From Nitrospirota bacterium (GTDB lineage Bacteria > Nitrospirota > UBA9217): a DNA stretch of 34,655 bases. Every line of letters begins with the position of its first letter. Position 1 is the stretch's first letter. Position numbers and translations under genes: made by a program. Of this stretch, positions 18,923 through 28,156 are shown piece after piece. The stretch covers positions 1 to 34,655 of the forward strand of contig CAVVUN010000010.1 of the NCBI GenBank assembly GCA_963751455.1, written 5' to 3'. A model generated the notes under the pieces. The model made no database searches. It had not been told where the DNA came from and saw only the letters and a program-made list of their open reading frames with translations.

Positions 18923-19393
18923 CTATAACCAGCGGCGGACACGTTTGCAGTATTCCTCGAACTCGCTGCCGAATAAAGAGGCAAGGGCACGTTCCTCAGG
19001 TCTAATTTGAAAGCGGTTAAGATATGCGATAAAAAAGGGGAGCAGCATGAACGGGAGAACATTCGACAGATAGATGGCCCATCCGATCAGAGCCAGAAGC
19101 AAAGACAGATACATGGGATTACGGGTAATCGAGTAGGCCCCTGTAGCAACCAACGAAGAGGATTTACGGGGGGTATGCGGGTTTATTGTTGTTTTTGCGC
19201 GAAATATGGAGAGGATGCCTGCGGCTCCGAATATTCCTGCCAGTGCAGCCGTTCCCGCTGCAAGCGCCTTATGTGCCGGCAAGACAAAATCAGCCGAGGG
19301 GATTGCGACGGAAAGCAGCCGCATAAGACCTGCAAAGGCCAAGAAGACCACAGGCGGCGGAATCTTAAGTTCAAGAAAATGTTTCTTGTCCAT
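18923..19393 (-). CDS. Isoprenylcysteine carboxylmethyltransferase (ICMT/PEMT) family membrane protein
   Basis: LVATGAYSITRNPMY, QIRPEERAL, YCKRVRRW. Confidence 0.88.
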   Translation of the reverse strand: MDKKHFLELKIPPPVVFLAFAGLMRLLSVAIPSADFVLPAHKALAAGTAALAGIFGAAGILSIFRAKTTINPHTPRKSSSLVATGAYSITRNPMYLSLLLALIGWAIYLSNVLPFMLLPFFIAYLNRFQIRPEERALASLFGSEFEEYCKRVRRWL

Positions 19394-19409
19394 TTCGCGG
19401 GATAAAAAG

Positions 19410-19832
19410 CTATAGTTCGCCTTTAATTGACCAGTTTATTTGAGTAGAGGGATCAACAGGCCAGGTTGTGTCGCTTGCATGATAGATGACGAAGATATCG
19501 ATAGTATCGACAGGATCGCCTGAAAAACGAATATCCGCGGGAGTCGGGTAGTCGGTTTTAGACGACAGTACGGTTTTAACGGGCAGAGGCAGCGTTGTCT
19601 TGAATTCGGTAACGTAATAGGTGCCGGTGGTATACGGTGTCATGGTTCCCCATTCGTAGACGGTATTTCCGTTAAACTGGAAACACTTTGTACCGTAGGA
19701 ATCCTCTACACACGTAATGCGGTTTGTAGTAGGTTGACCACACCCGAACAAGCCCAGGATGAGAACAAATAAGAGACCTGCCTTCTGTAATTTCCTTACC
19801 ATTAACCTGCCGGGTTTCTTATATGCTGTCAT
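19410..19832 (-). CDS. Hypothetical lipoprotein
   Basis: Basic N-terminus, hydrophobic stretch and LFGC lipobox. Start overlaps the upstream stop (ATGA). Confidence 0.65.
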   Translation of the reverse strand: MTAYKKPGRLMVRKLQKAGLLFVLILGLFGCGQPTTNRITCVEDSYGTKCFQFNGNTVYEWGTMTPYTTGTYYVTEFKTTLPLPVKTVLSSKTDYPTPADIRFSGDPVDTIDIFVIYHASDTTWPVDPSTQINWSIKGEL

Positions 19833-20350
19833 TTCTTCAAAAACCTTTCCACTTCATTCGCCCACACCTCGTATCCTTTAGAGCTCAGATGCACACCATC
19901 GTCCTGCAAGCAGCCGTTTTCCGGGTTCCCTTTTGCATCGACGAAGAGGGAATAAACGTCTAGATATGCTGCGTTATATTCACGGGCTATTTTTTCGAGA
20001 TCCTGATTTGTATTTTTTATGATGTCGTTGTCGATCCATGCAAGGTTAACAGGCAGGATGCTTTGGATAACAAGTACCGATTTTTTGTACCATGTAGTGA
20101 AGCTCCGGACGAGCTCACGGTAAGGGACGATGATGTCATACTGCTCCATAGCGATGTTGTTGATGCCGGTCATGAGGAAGATGAAGTCGGGATTTTGAAC
20201 ACCGGATCTTATTTGCTCCCTTCGGCCAAGCAGACCTTCGACCGGTTCACCTGAGATGCCGAGGTTCGTGACCTGATAATCCGGGAAGCGCCGCTGCCAA
20301 TTGAACCATTCGGTCAGGGAGTCGCCTATGAACACAAGATGGCCTGTCAT
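19829..20350 (-). CDS. GDSL/SGNH hydrolase family protein
   Basis: Blocks FIGDSLT, NLGISG, MTGINN, DGVH. Confidence 0.9.
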   Translation of the reverse strand: MTGHLVFIGDSLTEWFNWQRRFPDYQVTNLGISGEPVEGLLGRREQIRSGVQNPDFIFLMTGINNIAMEQYDIIVPYRELVRSFTTWYKKSVLVIQSILPVNLAWIDNDIIKNTNQDLEKIAREYNAAYLDVYSLFVDAKGNPENGCLQDDGVHLSSKGYEVWANEVERFLKK

Positions 20351-20471
20351 AATGGCTGAATATAACATTTTTTACGATATATGTACTTGTTTTCTTATTA
20401 CTCTATGTACACGTCAATACAAAAAAATTGGATATTTGTCGCAGAGGAGGAACAGATAAGGAATTAGATCT

Positions 20472-20989
20472 ATGTGTCGGCCGGGACTTCGCCCGGCAGA
20501 CATGGTCCCTTCGGGACAGAAATAACAACAAAAAGTCAAAGGCGTCTCTCGCAAAGCCGCAAAGAACGCAAAGAAAACTTTTATGAGGTTACGCCTCAGA
20601 CCAATAAAGCAAAAGTAAAACCTTAAAACGATCTCACACGAAGCCACTAAGACACGGAGAAAGACAAAAAATTCAGTTTTCTTCTTTGTGGCTTCGTGGC
20701 TTTGTGTGAAAATTGGGTTTTGGTTTTGACTCGACTAAAAACTCAAGATGTTGGTTCGTAAAGTAGCTTTAAGTCTGGTTTTAAACCCGGCGATTTGGCC
20801 TTCCTTTGCGAGCGCAATATAATCCTGTTTTTGCATTAAATTCTTTTTAAAGATCGACAATCTTTTGTCGATGTTATAGGCGTAAGCGCCTAAATACATT
20901 TGCCACGGATTACACTGATGACCCGGATAAACGCCGATATATTTATTTCTTCTTGAGCTCATCCGTGTAAATCCGTGCCATCCGTGGCA
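20472..20989. repeat. Cluster of nested palindromic elements and hairpins (9-nt periodic units)
   Basis: Hairpins GCCGGG..CCCGGC and GTCCCTTCGGGAC. (CGCAAAG)x3 at about 20550-20575 with a partner CTTTGCGAG near 20805-20812. Inner inverted repeat 20634-20709 (23/28). Perfect hairpins 20853-20872 and 20877-20892. TGCCACGGAT inverted repeat 20901-20989. Confidence 0.75.
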
Positions 20990-21045
20990 TTAGAGTGAAG
21001 CGGTTATACCCGAATGCGATTATCGTTTTAGTCCGAATTCCAATA

Positions 21046-21270
21046 TCAGTCTACATGAATGATCGTGACCGGACAGGAATCAGCGGCTTCTTTGACTTTA
21101 TCGAGCAGATCCGCAGGCGCTTCACCGGTAGCAGGGTCGCCGCCTATCTGATACTTCGGTACTACCTCGCTCCAACTGTCCGTTGGATTCTGTTGAAAGA
21201 ATTCCGGACAAACCGTCCAGCACGATTCGCAGCTGATGCATTCTTCCCGATCGATCTTTACACTGGCCAT
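21046..21270 (-). CDS. Single-cluster ferredoxin
   Basis: CISCESCWTVCP plus distal AADSCP; AAGGAG SD. Confidence 0.9.
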   Translation of the reverse strand: MASVKIDREECISCESCWTVCPEFFQQNPTDSWSEVVPKYQIGGDPATGEAPADLLDKVKEAADSCPVTIIHVD

Positions 21271-21358
21271 GAGGGCACTCTCCTTGTTGAATGTATTTAT
21301 TAAGGTAATTGCTGTAATTATAGCCTATTCAAGTTTGCGGGTGTGTGTCTGAACTTTT

Positions 21359-21685
21359 TTAACCCTTTTGATCTTTCTTTTCGAGGATGTCATCGACCCA
21401 GGAAAGGGCCGCAGAAACCGAGGGAAAGCCTATCGTGCTGGCAAGCAGAATGACAGCATGACGTATTTCTTCGGGGCTCGCGCCCGCAATAAGCGCACGC
21501 CGCGCATGTGAATGCACTGATCCTTCCGAGAAAATTGCGGCTGCTCCTGCGAGTTGAACAAGACAGCACGTTTTTTCATCCAAAGGTCCGGCCGCTTTGC
21601 TGGCTTTGCCGAGATTTTCGACAGCATTCATGAAACTTTGGTATTTCTTTTGAAGGTTGGTATACTGATCGGGGAGCTTTTGCAT
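21359..21685 (-). CDS. Carboxymuconolactone decarboxylase (CMD/AhpD-like) family protein
   Basis: GPLDEKT, VHSHARRA..GASPEEIRH, TIGFP; AAGGAG SD. Confidence 0.88.
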   Translation of the reverse strand: MQKLPDQYTNLQKKYQSFMNAVENLGKASKAAGPLDEKTCCLVQLAGAAAIFSEGSVHSHARRALIAGASPEEIRHAVILLASTIGFPSVSAALSWVDDILEKKDQKG

Positions 21686-21773
21686 TATCTTCTCCTTTGC
21701 CGGCTGAATGTCCGCTGCCCGGTTTCAATTATTAGTATAAGTGTAGGCAAAAAGTAGTTATTAGTCAAGACGT

Positions 21774-21802
21774 TTGACTCAGCCGTTTTTGTGTGATACA
21801 TT
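21774..21802 (+). promoter_or_regulatory. Sigma70 promoter of the M28 peptidase (probably leaderless)
   Basis: TTGACT-N17-TACATT with TGn; ATG 6 nt downstream; no SD. Confidence 0.55.
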
Positions 21803-21808
21803 TTTAGT

Positions 21809-22735
21809 ATGGACAGCATAGACTATCTTCGGGAAATTGTAGAGGTGCTGGCGGGCGATATAGGCTCTCGCACCTTTCAGGACATTGACAGGCTTAAGAA
21901 AACCGCCGACTACATAACGGGCCAATTTGAGTCCTTCGGTTACGAAGTATCAAGGCAGCCGTTTCAATACCGCGGAAACATCTATTATAACGTTATCGCT
22001 GAGAAGATGGGAAATACCGATCCTGAAAAAATACTCATCATCGGAGCGCATTACGATACGGTCAGGACTACCCCGGGCGCAGATGACAATGCCAGCGGCA
22101 TTGCCGGGCTTCTCTCCCTTGCAAGGTCTTTAGCCGGTCTCAATGTCCGGAAAACGGTCCGGTTTGCAGCGTTTGCGCTTGAGGAACCGCCGGTGTACCG
22201 GACACAGAACATGGGAAGCTTCCATTATGCGCGAAGTTTACGGGAGCGGAACGAACAGGTCGAGGGCATGATCTGCCTCGAGATGATCGGTTATTTCAGC
22301 GAACGGGAAGGATCACAGCATTATCCGCTTCCAACGTTCAGATTAAAATACCCGACGCGCGGAGATTATATTTCGATGGTGGGCAACATCAAGTCTCGTG
22401 CTTTTACCGAGCGCATCGCGGCAGGTTTCGAGAGCGGCACTGCTCTGCAGCTGGTCACCCTGAACGCTCTTCCGCTCGTGATCGGTATCGATTTTTCGGA
22501 CCATTGGTCATTCTACAAATTCGGGTTCAAAGCGCTCATGGTAACCGACACCGCTTTTTACCGCAATCCGCATTATCACGCGCCCACCGACCTTCCTGAA
22601 ACGCTTGATTACGAAAAAATGGCCAAGGTGGTGGAAGGGTTGAGCGCGGCGGTCACAGCATGGAGCGAAGAAAATATGGGTGACCTTGAACGGTTATCGA
22701 GAAGACCCGGCGTCGTAAGCGTGCTGGTAAAATAG
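21809..22735 (+). CDS. M28 family metallopeptidase
   Basis: GAHYD, GADDNASG, LEEPP, CLEMIG, FSDH, YH..TD. Confidence 0.9.
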   Translation: MDSIDYLREIVEVLAGDIGSRTFQDIDRLKKTADYITGQFESFGYEVSRQPFQYRGNIYYNVIAEKMGNTDPEKILIIGAHYDTVRTTPGADDNASGIAGLLSLARSLAGLNVRKTVRFAAFALEEPPVYRTQNMGSFHYARSLRERNEQVEGMICLEMIGYFSEREGSQHYPLPTFRLKYPTRGDYISMVGNIKSRAFTERIAAGFESGTALQLVTLNALPLVIGIDFSDHWSFYKFGFKALMVTDTAFYRNPHYHAPTDLPETLDYEKMAKVVEGLSAAVTAWSEENMGDLERLSRRPGVVSVLVK

Positions 22736-22908
22736 AATATGTCTTCCCCGTATTATTGCCCCTCTCCTGACTGCGCGTGTTAATCCAAAGCTGACCTTAT
22801 CTGCGGCCCCGTTAAAATGTTGTATAATACTCAAACAAAATTGTTGGAATCTGTTCAATTTACGGCTACCTTGTGCTAAAATAGCGTCCATCTCCATGGG
22901 AGGACCGG

Positions 22909-23136
22909 GTGAAGGCAGAAGTGGTGCTGCTTACGCTTTTTTTTGCCCTTTCTTCGGCGGTTATCGCCGGCGGTGAAGAATCGGTAAAAGAAGGCTTCAA
23001 AGATGTACATAAGGGCATGAAAAAGGTGACCCGCACAATCTATAAGAACGCGAAAAAGGGCGTCAAAAAGGTCGACAAGACCGCCAAAAAAACCTTGAAA
23101 AAGGCGGGCCACGATATAAAGAAAGCCGCCAATTAA
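22909..23136 (+). CDS. Small secreted Lys-rich hypothetical protein
   Basis: GGAGG SD before GTG; signal peptide followed by an amphipathic Lys-rich repeat-like helix. Confidence 0.65.
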   Translation: MKAEVVLLTLFFALSSAVIAGGEESVKEGFKDVHKGMKKVTRTIYKNAKKGVKKVDKTAKKTLKKAGHDIKKAAN

Positions 23137-23257
23137 CTGTTTCATAACCGCTCCTGCGGCGTACCAGGGTTGCCGCAATTCGCATTGACTTTCCTCAAAC
23201 ACCCATATATTGTGTTCACATTCTGGAGAACTTCCGGACCTGTCGAAAAGGCGTACA

Positions 23258-25864
23258 ATGATCCTGAATGCAATTCAAGAAACCGCGAACCGTTATCCTG
23301 ATAAAGCGGCCGTTCAGATAAAGATCGGGGACCGGTATAGGCAGTATACCTACAGACAACTCCTGAAAGGCATCGCCTCGGCAGCCCGCTCTCTTTCGGA
23401 TGCCGGAATCGGCAAGGGAGACCGGGTTGCGCTGCTGTCGGAAAACAGGCCTGAATGGATGTCCGCATACCTCTCGGTTGTGTCGCTCGGCGCTGTCATT
23501 GTTCCTCTCGATGCCCAGCTGACCGGGAAAGAAGTCGCAATCCTGCTTGCAAGTTCAGAGGCGAAAGCAGCGTTTGTCTCCGCCGGGACAGTCCAGAAGC
23601 TGCCTACGAAGAGCAGGCCGATGATCGTTTCCTTTGACGGTGAACAGGGGCTCTCTTTCCAAAAAATGCTGACCGCCCATCCTGATGCTTCCGTTCCCGC
23701 GCCTCCTTTCGCCGGCGATCTCGCTGCGCTTCTGTATACGTCCGGCACTACGGGCGATCCAAAGGGAGTGATGCTTTCGCACGGCAACCTTGCATCAGAT
23801 TGTGCGAGCTGCGTAAAGCTTGATCTTGTGCATGATTTCGACAATATGCTCTGTCTTCTTCCTCTCCATCACACCTATCCGGCTATGACGTGCATGCTGC
23901 TGCCCTTTTCGGTGGGCGCCACAGTAACCATCCAGAACAGTCTCAAGGGCCCGGACATCCTTGCATGCATGGCTGAAACCAAAGTCACTATTATGCTCGG
24001 GGTTCCGCAGTTGTACGCGGGACTCCGGCGGGCTATATTCGACGGGATCCGGAAGAAACCAAAGCCCGTGCAAATGATCGTAAAATTGCTGCTCAAGCTC
24101 AACGGCGCCCTCAGAAAAACGATCGGCGTGAACATGGGCAAAGCCCTGTTCGGCAAGGTGCATGCGTTGTTCGGGCCTTCGTTAAGACTCTTCGCGAGCG
24201 GCGGGGCCCGGCTGGAACCCGAAGTATATACGGATATGACAAACCTCGGATTCACGGTCATCGAAGGCTACGGCCTTACCGAAACGTCCCCGGTAAGCAC
24301 TTTTAACCCTCTGTCGAGGCAGAAGGCAGGCTCGATCGGAATACCGCTTCCGGATGTTGAAGTCCGGATTGCAAATGCCGATGAAACCGGCCAGGGCGAG
24401 ATCGCAGTGCGCGGCCGGAATGTGATGCTGGGATACTATAGAAAGCCCGAGGAAACCGCGGAAGTGCTGAAGGACGGCTGGTTCTACACCGGCGATCTCG
24501 GCTATCGCGACAAGGACGGCTACTTTTTCATTACCGGCCGGTCGAAAGAAATGATCGTGTTGTCGACCGGCAAAAAGATCTTTCCCGAAGAGCTCGAAAA
24601 GTTTTACAAGCAGATCCCGGAAATTAAAGAAATATGTTTGATCCAGGGGGAACGCGGTCTTGAAGCGGCAGTTGTCCCGGATTTTGATTACCTCAGGAAA
24701 ATGAATCTTTCCAACTCGCGTGAGGTCATTGCTTATGAGGTCGAAGACCTTTCAAAGGATCTCCCGCCCTATAAAAGGATCACAGGGCTCAAGATCTTCA
24801 AGGACGCTCTGCCGGTAACGCGTCTCGGCAAATTGAGAAGGCCCCTCGTGCGGGACCTTTATCTGACGCAGGGTGAGAGGGCAGAGAAGGCGATTGCCGA
24901 GATCGACAAGGACCTGCTCGATACGCCTGAGGGAAAGAAACTGATCGCCTGTATAGAGCCGTTTACCCGGAAGAAGAAGATTGTACCGGACGACAACCTC
25001 GAACTCGACCTCGGGTTCGATTCGCTCGCCCGGCTCGAACTCGTTGTGAGCATCGAAAAGTCTTTCGGCGTCTCCCTGGAGGAGTCTTTCGGGTCGAACG
25101 TTTTTACCGTCAAGGATGCCCTGCTCAAGATCAAGGAAGCCCTGGCTGCAGCCCCGATAGAAGCGGGGGGCCGGGTGCGTTTATCATGGAACGAAATTCT
25201 TGCACAGGAACCATCCGAAGACGCGAAACAGACGCTTACGTTCGAGCAGGGACGATTGTGCAGCGCGGCGCGCTACATGATCAAACTGATGCTCAAACTG
25301 GTTTTCAAGATTTACGGCGGTCTGGACGTCCGCGGTCTTCAGAACCTTCCCAAAGCCGGACCGTACATTGTTGCGCCGAATCACATCAGTTTTGCCGACG
25401 CGCCTTTGGTAGTTGCTGCGCTTCCATGGGAGGTTGCCTCACAGACGTTCTTCCTGGGAGCCACCGTCTATTTCGGCGGCCCCTTGACGTCCATTGTCGC
25501 CAAGGAAATCCAGGTCATACCGGTCGATATGGAGGCCAGGCTCTACAATGCGCTCCAGTTGTCCGCATATGTTCTGCGAAATCGAAAAATACTCTGCGTG
25601 TTCCCTGAAGGACAGCGGTCGCGCGACGGCTCACTCAAAGAATTTAAAAAAGGCGTCGGCATCATAGCGAAGGAGCTGAGCGTGCCTGTCATCCCGGTTG
25701 CGATTCAGGGCACCTACCGCATGCTTGCGCCGGGAAAGGCATTTCCGAGACCGGCAAAGGTAAGGATCACGTTTGGAAAACCGGTCCAGCCCGGAGCTCA
25801 AAACTACGAATCAATCGTTAAAAAACTCTCTGAGGAAGTCACGAGACTGGCTGGACTGGCGTGA
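23258..25864 (+). CDS. Trifunctional fatty acyl ligase (AMP-binding)-ACP-PlsC acyltransferase
   Basis: YTSGTTGDPKG, GYGLTE, TGDLG; carrier motif LGFDSL; acyltransferase motifs NHISFAD and FPEG. Confidence 0.92.
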   Translation: MILNAIQETANRYPDKAAVQIKIGDRYRQYTYRQLLKGIASAARSLSDAGIGKGDRVALLSENRPEWMSAYLSVVSLGAVIVPLDAQLTGKEVAILLASSEAKAAFVSAGTVQKLPTKSRPMIVSFDGEQGLSFQKMLTAHPDASVPAPPFAGDLAALLYTSGTTGDPKGVMLSHGNLASDCASCVKLDLVHDFDNMLCLLPLHHTYPAMTCMLLPFSVGATVTIQNSLKGPDILACMAETKVTIMLGVPQLYAGLRRAIFDGIRKKPKPVQMIVKLLLKLNGALRKTIGVNMGKALFGKVHALFGPSLRLFASGGARLEPEVYTDMTNLGFTVIEGYGLTETSPVSTFNPLSRQKAGSIGIPLPDVEVRIANADETGQGEIAVRGRNVMLGYYRKPEETAEVLKDGWFYTGDLGYRDKDGYFFITGRSKEMIVLSTGKKIFPEELEKFYKQIPEIKEICLIQGERGLEAAVVPDFDYLRKMNLSNSREVIAYEVEDLSKDLPPYKRITGLKIFKDALPVTRLGKLRRPLVRDLYLTQGERAEKAIAEIDKDLLDTPEGKKLIACIEPFTRKKKIVPDDNLELDLGFDSLARLELVVSIEKSFGVSLEESFGSNVFTVKDALLKIKEALAAAPIEAGGRVRLSWNEILAQEPSEDAKQTLTFEQGRLCSAARYMIKLMLKLVFKIYGGLDVRGLQNLPKAGPYIVAPNHISFADAPLVVAALPWEVASQTFFLGATVYFGGPLTSIVAKEIQVIPVDMEARLYNALQLSAYVLRNRKILCVFPEGQRSRDGSLKEFKKGVGIIAKELSVPVIPVAIQGTYRMLAPGKAFPRPAKVRITFGKPVQPGAQNYESIVKKLSEEVTRLAGLA

Positions 25865-25983
25865 AGGCCGCAAGGCTGCGGCATCCGCGATAAAGCTTTT
25901 AAGGTTTCGAAACCCGAATTCGGGTTTACTTGTATCTGTGTAATCTGCGGATAAATGTTCATTTCAGAAATAGGGTGAAGCTT

Positions 25984-26928
25984 ATGAAGTATGGTATACG
26001 TTTGATGATGCTGTTCCTTGTTGTTTCCTGCACATCGTGCGCCACGACACCTGATCCTCCGGCAAGTGATATTTTGGAGCCGCCGGCAACCGAGATGTTG
26101 AAGCCGAAAGTAGCGCTTGTGCTGGGAGGCGGCGCTGCGCGAGGGTTTGCACATGTCGGCGTGATCCGCGCACTGGAGCAGGAAAAGATCCCGATCGACC
26201 TGATTGTCGGTACCAGCGTGGGCAGCCTCATCGGCGCCATTTACGCACATGACCAGAACAGCTTTGAGCTGGAGTGGACGGCATTTGCCCTCGAAAGAGA
26301 ACACCTCTTCGACTTCGCCATGTTCGCCGCGCTTACCAGTATGGGGCCGGTCAAGGGAGACAAACTGGAGGAGTTCGTGCGTTCAAAGGTGCCTGTCGAG
26401 AACATAGAAAACCTCAAACTGCCTTTTGCCGCCGTAGCAACCGATCTGAACCGCGGCACACGTGTTGTGCTTGAACGCGGATCGGTGGCAAAAGCAGTGC
26501 GTGCAAGCAGCGCCATCCCCGGGGTATTCAACCCGGTGGAGCATCAGGGCAGGCTGCTCGTGGACGGCGGCGTCGTGGACAATATCCCGATATCCGTGGC
26601 CAGGCAGAAGGGGGCCGATATAGTGATTGCCGTGGATATCAGCGAGAACGTAGTCAACTTTAATGTTACAAGCATGCTTGATGTCGTGCTCCAGTCCGTG
26701 AACATCATGTTCAGCGAGAATGTGGGCTACAAGAAAAAGGATGCAGATGTGCTGATTACACCGGCCGTCGGGAATGTGGGCATGCTTGATTTCAGCCAGA
26801 AGAAAAGGTGCATGCAGGCGGGGATCGAGGCGGCGCAGAAGGCTGTGCCGGAGATCAAAAGGAAGATCGAGGAATGGGAGAAAAACGCAAATTCCAAGCA
26901 CGAGGTCCGAACGCCTAAAAAATTGTAA
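25984..26928 (+). CDS. Patatin-like phospholipase, probable lipoprotein
   Basis: Signal peptide with TSC lipobox-like site, GGGAARG, GTSVG, DGG. Confidence 0.9.
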   Translation: MKYGIRLMMLFLVVSCTSCATTPDPPASDILEPPATEMLKPKVALVLGGGAARGFAHVGVIRALEQEKIPIDLIVGTSVGSLIGAIYAHDQNSFELEWTAFALEREHLFDFAMFAALTSMGPVKGDKLEEFVRSKVPVENIENLKLPFAAVATDLNRGTRVVLERGSVAKAVRASSAIPGVFNPVEHQGRLLVDGGVVDNIPISVARQKGADIVIAVDISENVVNFNVTSMLDVVLQSVNIMFSENVGYKKKDADVLITPAVGNVGMLDFSQKKRCMQAGIEAAQKAVPEIKRKIEEWEKNANSKHEVRTPKKL

Positions 26929-26945
26929 CTACTGCTTGAAAAAGC

Positions 26946-27090
26946 TTTATCCGCAGATTTCGCAGATAATCATGAAAGACTTGTATGTCTTTATAAATCC
27001 GTGTCCTAAATGCTATCTTCGGGGTAATCCGGGTTTGCTGTATCTGCGCAATCTGCGCAATCTGCGTAATCTGCGTAATCTGCGGATAAA
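26946..27090. repeat. Palindromic element with 5 tandem 9-mers (ATCTGCG(C/T/G)A)
   Basis: Left arm TTTATCCGCAGATTTCGCAGAT matches the reverse complement of the right end at 21/22. Tandem copies at 27042-27086. A related right arm lies at 25921-25954. Confidence 0.8.
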
Positions 27091-27150
27091 AAAAGACCTG
27101 AGCAGTTAAGAAATATCAGTATTTCTTTTTTCCGGATTGAAGGAACCAGA

Positions 27151-28002
27151 ATGCTCAAAAAAGTAAAAATCATCCTCGAGATGATCAAGTTCGAACATAC
27201 CGTATTTGCGCTGCCCTTCGCTTTTGCCGGTGCGCTGCTGGGAGCACGGGGACTGCCATCCCTGTGGAAAATCTTCTGGATCACGGTCGCGATGGTCGGG
27301 GCACGCTCTGCAGCCATGGGCTTCAACCGCTGGGCAGACAGGGAGTTTGATGCTCAAAATCCAAGAACCAAAACGCGCGCGCTTCCGCTGGGCCTTGTGA
27401 CGCCGGCACAGGTAGCGCTGTTCAGTGCGGTCTCGTCGCTGCTGCTGGTCTTTGCCGCTTTTATGCTGAACACGCTCAGCTTCTGCCTCTCCCCGATTGC
27501 GCTGGCCGTGGTGTTTTTCTATTCTTATACCAAACGCTTCACGTTTTTATCGCATGCGTTCCTCGGTCTTGCCATCTGTCTTGCGCCTATCGGCTCATGG
27601 ATAGCGGTTACGGGAAAGCTGGAGATTCCGGCGCTCGTGCTTGGAGGCGCGGTCCTGTTCTGGCTCCTCGGCTTCGATGTGCTGTACGCGCTCCAGGACA
27701 TGGATTTCGACCGCAGGTCGGGCCTGCACTCGATTCCGCAGAGGTTCGGAATACGGCGGTCGCTCTGGATAGCGCGGCTCTCGCACACGCTGACGATGGC
27801 TCTTCTGTTCGGGCTTGGGATGCTGCTATCTCTCGGGTGGTGTTACTATTTTGGAGTTCTCCTTGCACTTTTCCTGATGTTTTACGAGCACATGCTGGTT
27901 AAAGAAGGCGATCTGTCAAAGCTTGGTATTGCGTTTTTTAACATGAACGGCTATATAAGCGTAACAATTTTTATTTTCACTCTCCTGGACGTACTGCTGT
28001 AA
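27151..28002 (+). CDS. mqnP: UbiA-family prenyltransferase, MqnP type (futalosine menaquinone pathway)
   Basis: IKFEHTVFALPF, ARSAAMGFNRWAD..FDAQNPRT, YSYTKRF, GFDVLYALQD. Confidence 0.82.
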   Translation: MLKKVKIILEMIKFEHTVFALPFAFAGALLGARGLPSLWKIFWITVAMVGARSAAMGFNRWADREFDAQNPRTKTRALPLGLVTPAQVALFSAVSSLLLVFAAFMLNTLSFCLSPIALAVVFFYSYTKRFTFLSHAFLGLAICLAPIGSWIAVTGKLEIPALVLGGAVLFWLLGFDVLYALQDMDFDRRSGLHSIPQRFGIRRSLWIARLSHTLTMALLFGLGMLLSLGWCYYFGVLLALFLMFYEHMLVKEGDLSKLGIAFFNMNGYISVTIFIFTLLDVLL

Positions 28003-28156
28003 CGCAGGCATACCTGACCGCTTCGTTCGAAACTTTCCTTTCCCATAAAAAAGTATGAGAAAAAGATCAGATTCTGGTATTATGTATATGGACTGTAATA
28101 TTATGTCATTCCTTTTTTTTGTCGTTTAAGTAATGGTGCAGGGACAGCTTACGACC

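Noticed and set aside
20414-20962. ORFs 20414-20647 and 20735-20962 (and 9599-9784)
   Set aside because: They lie within palindromic repeat DNA, with no SD or protein motifs.
27042-27086. Tandem repeats as a CRISPR array
   Set aside because: The units are 9 nt with no unique spacers, and there are no cas genes.
26774-27326. ORFs with LRNLRNLRN or ADYADYADC repeats
   Set aside because: Translations of the 9-nt DNA repeat that overlap real genes.
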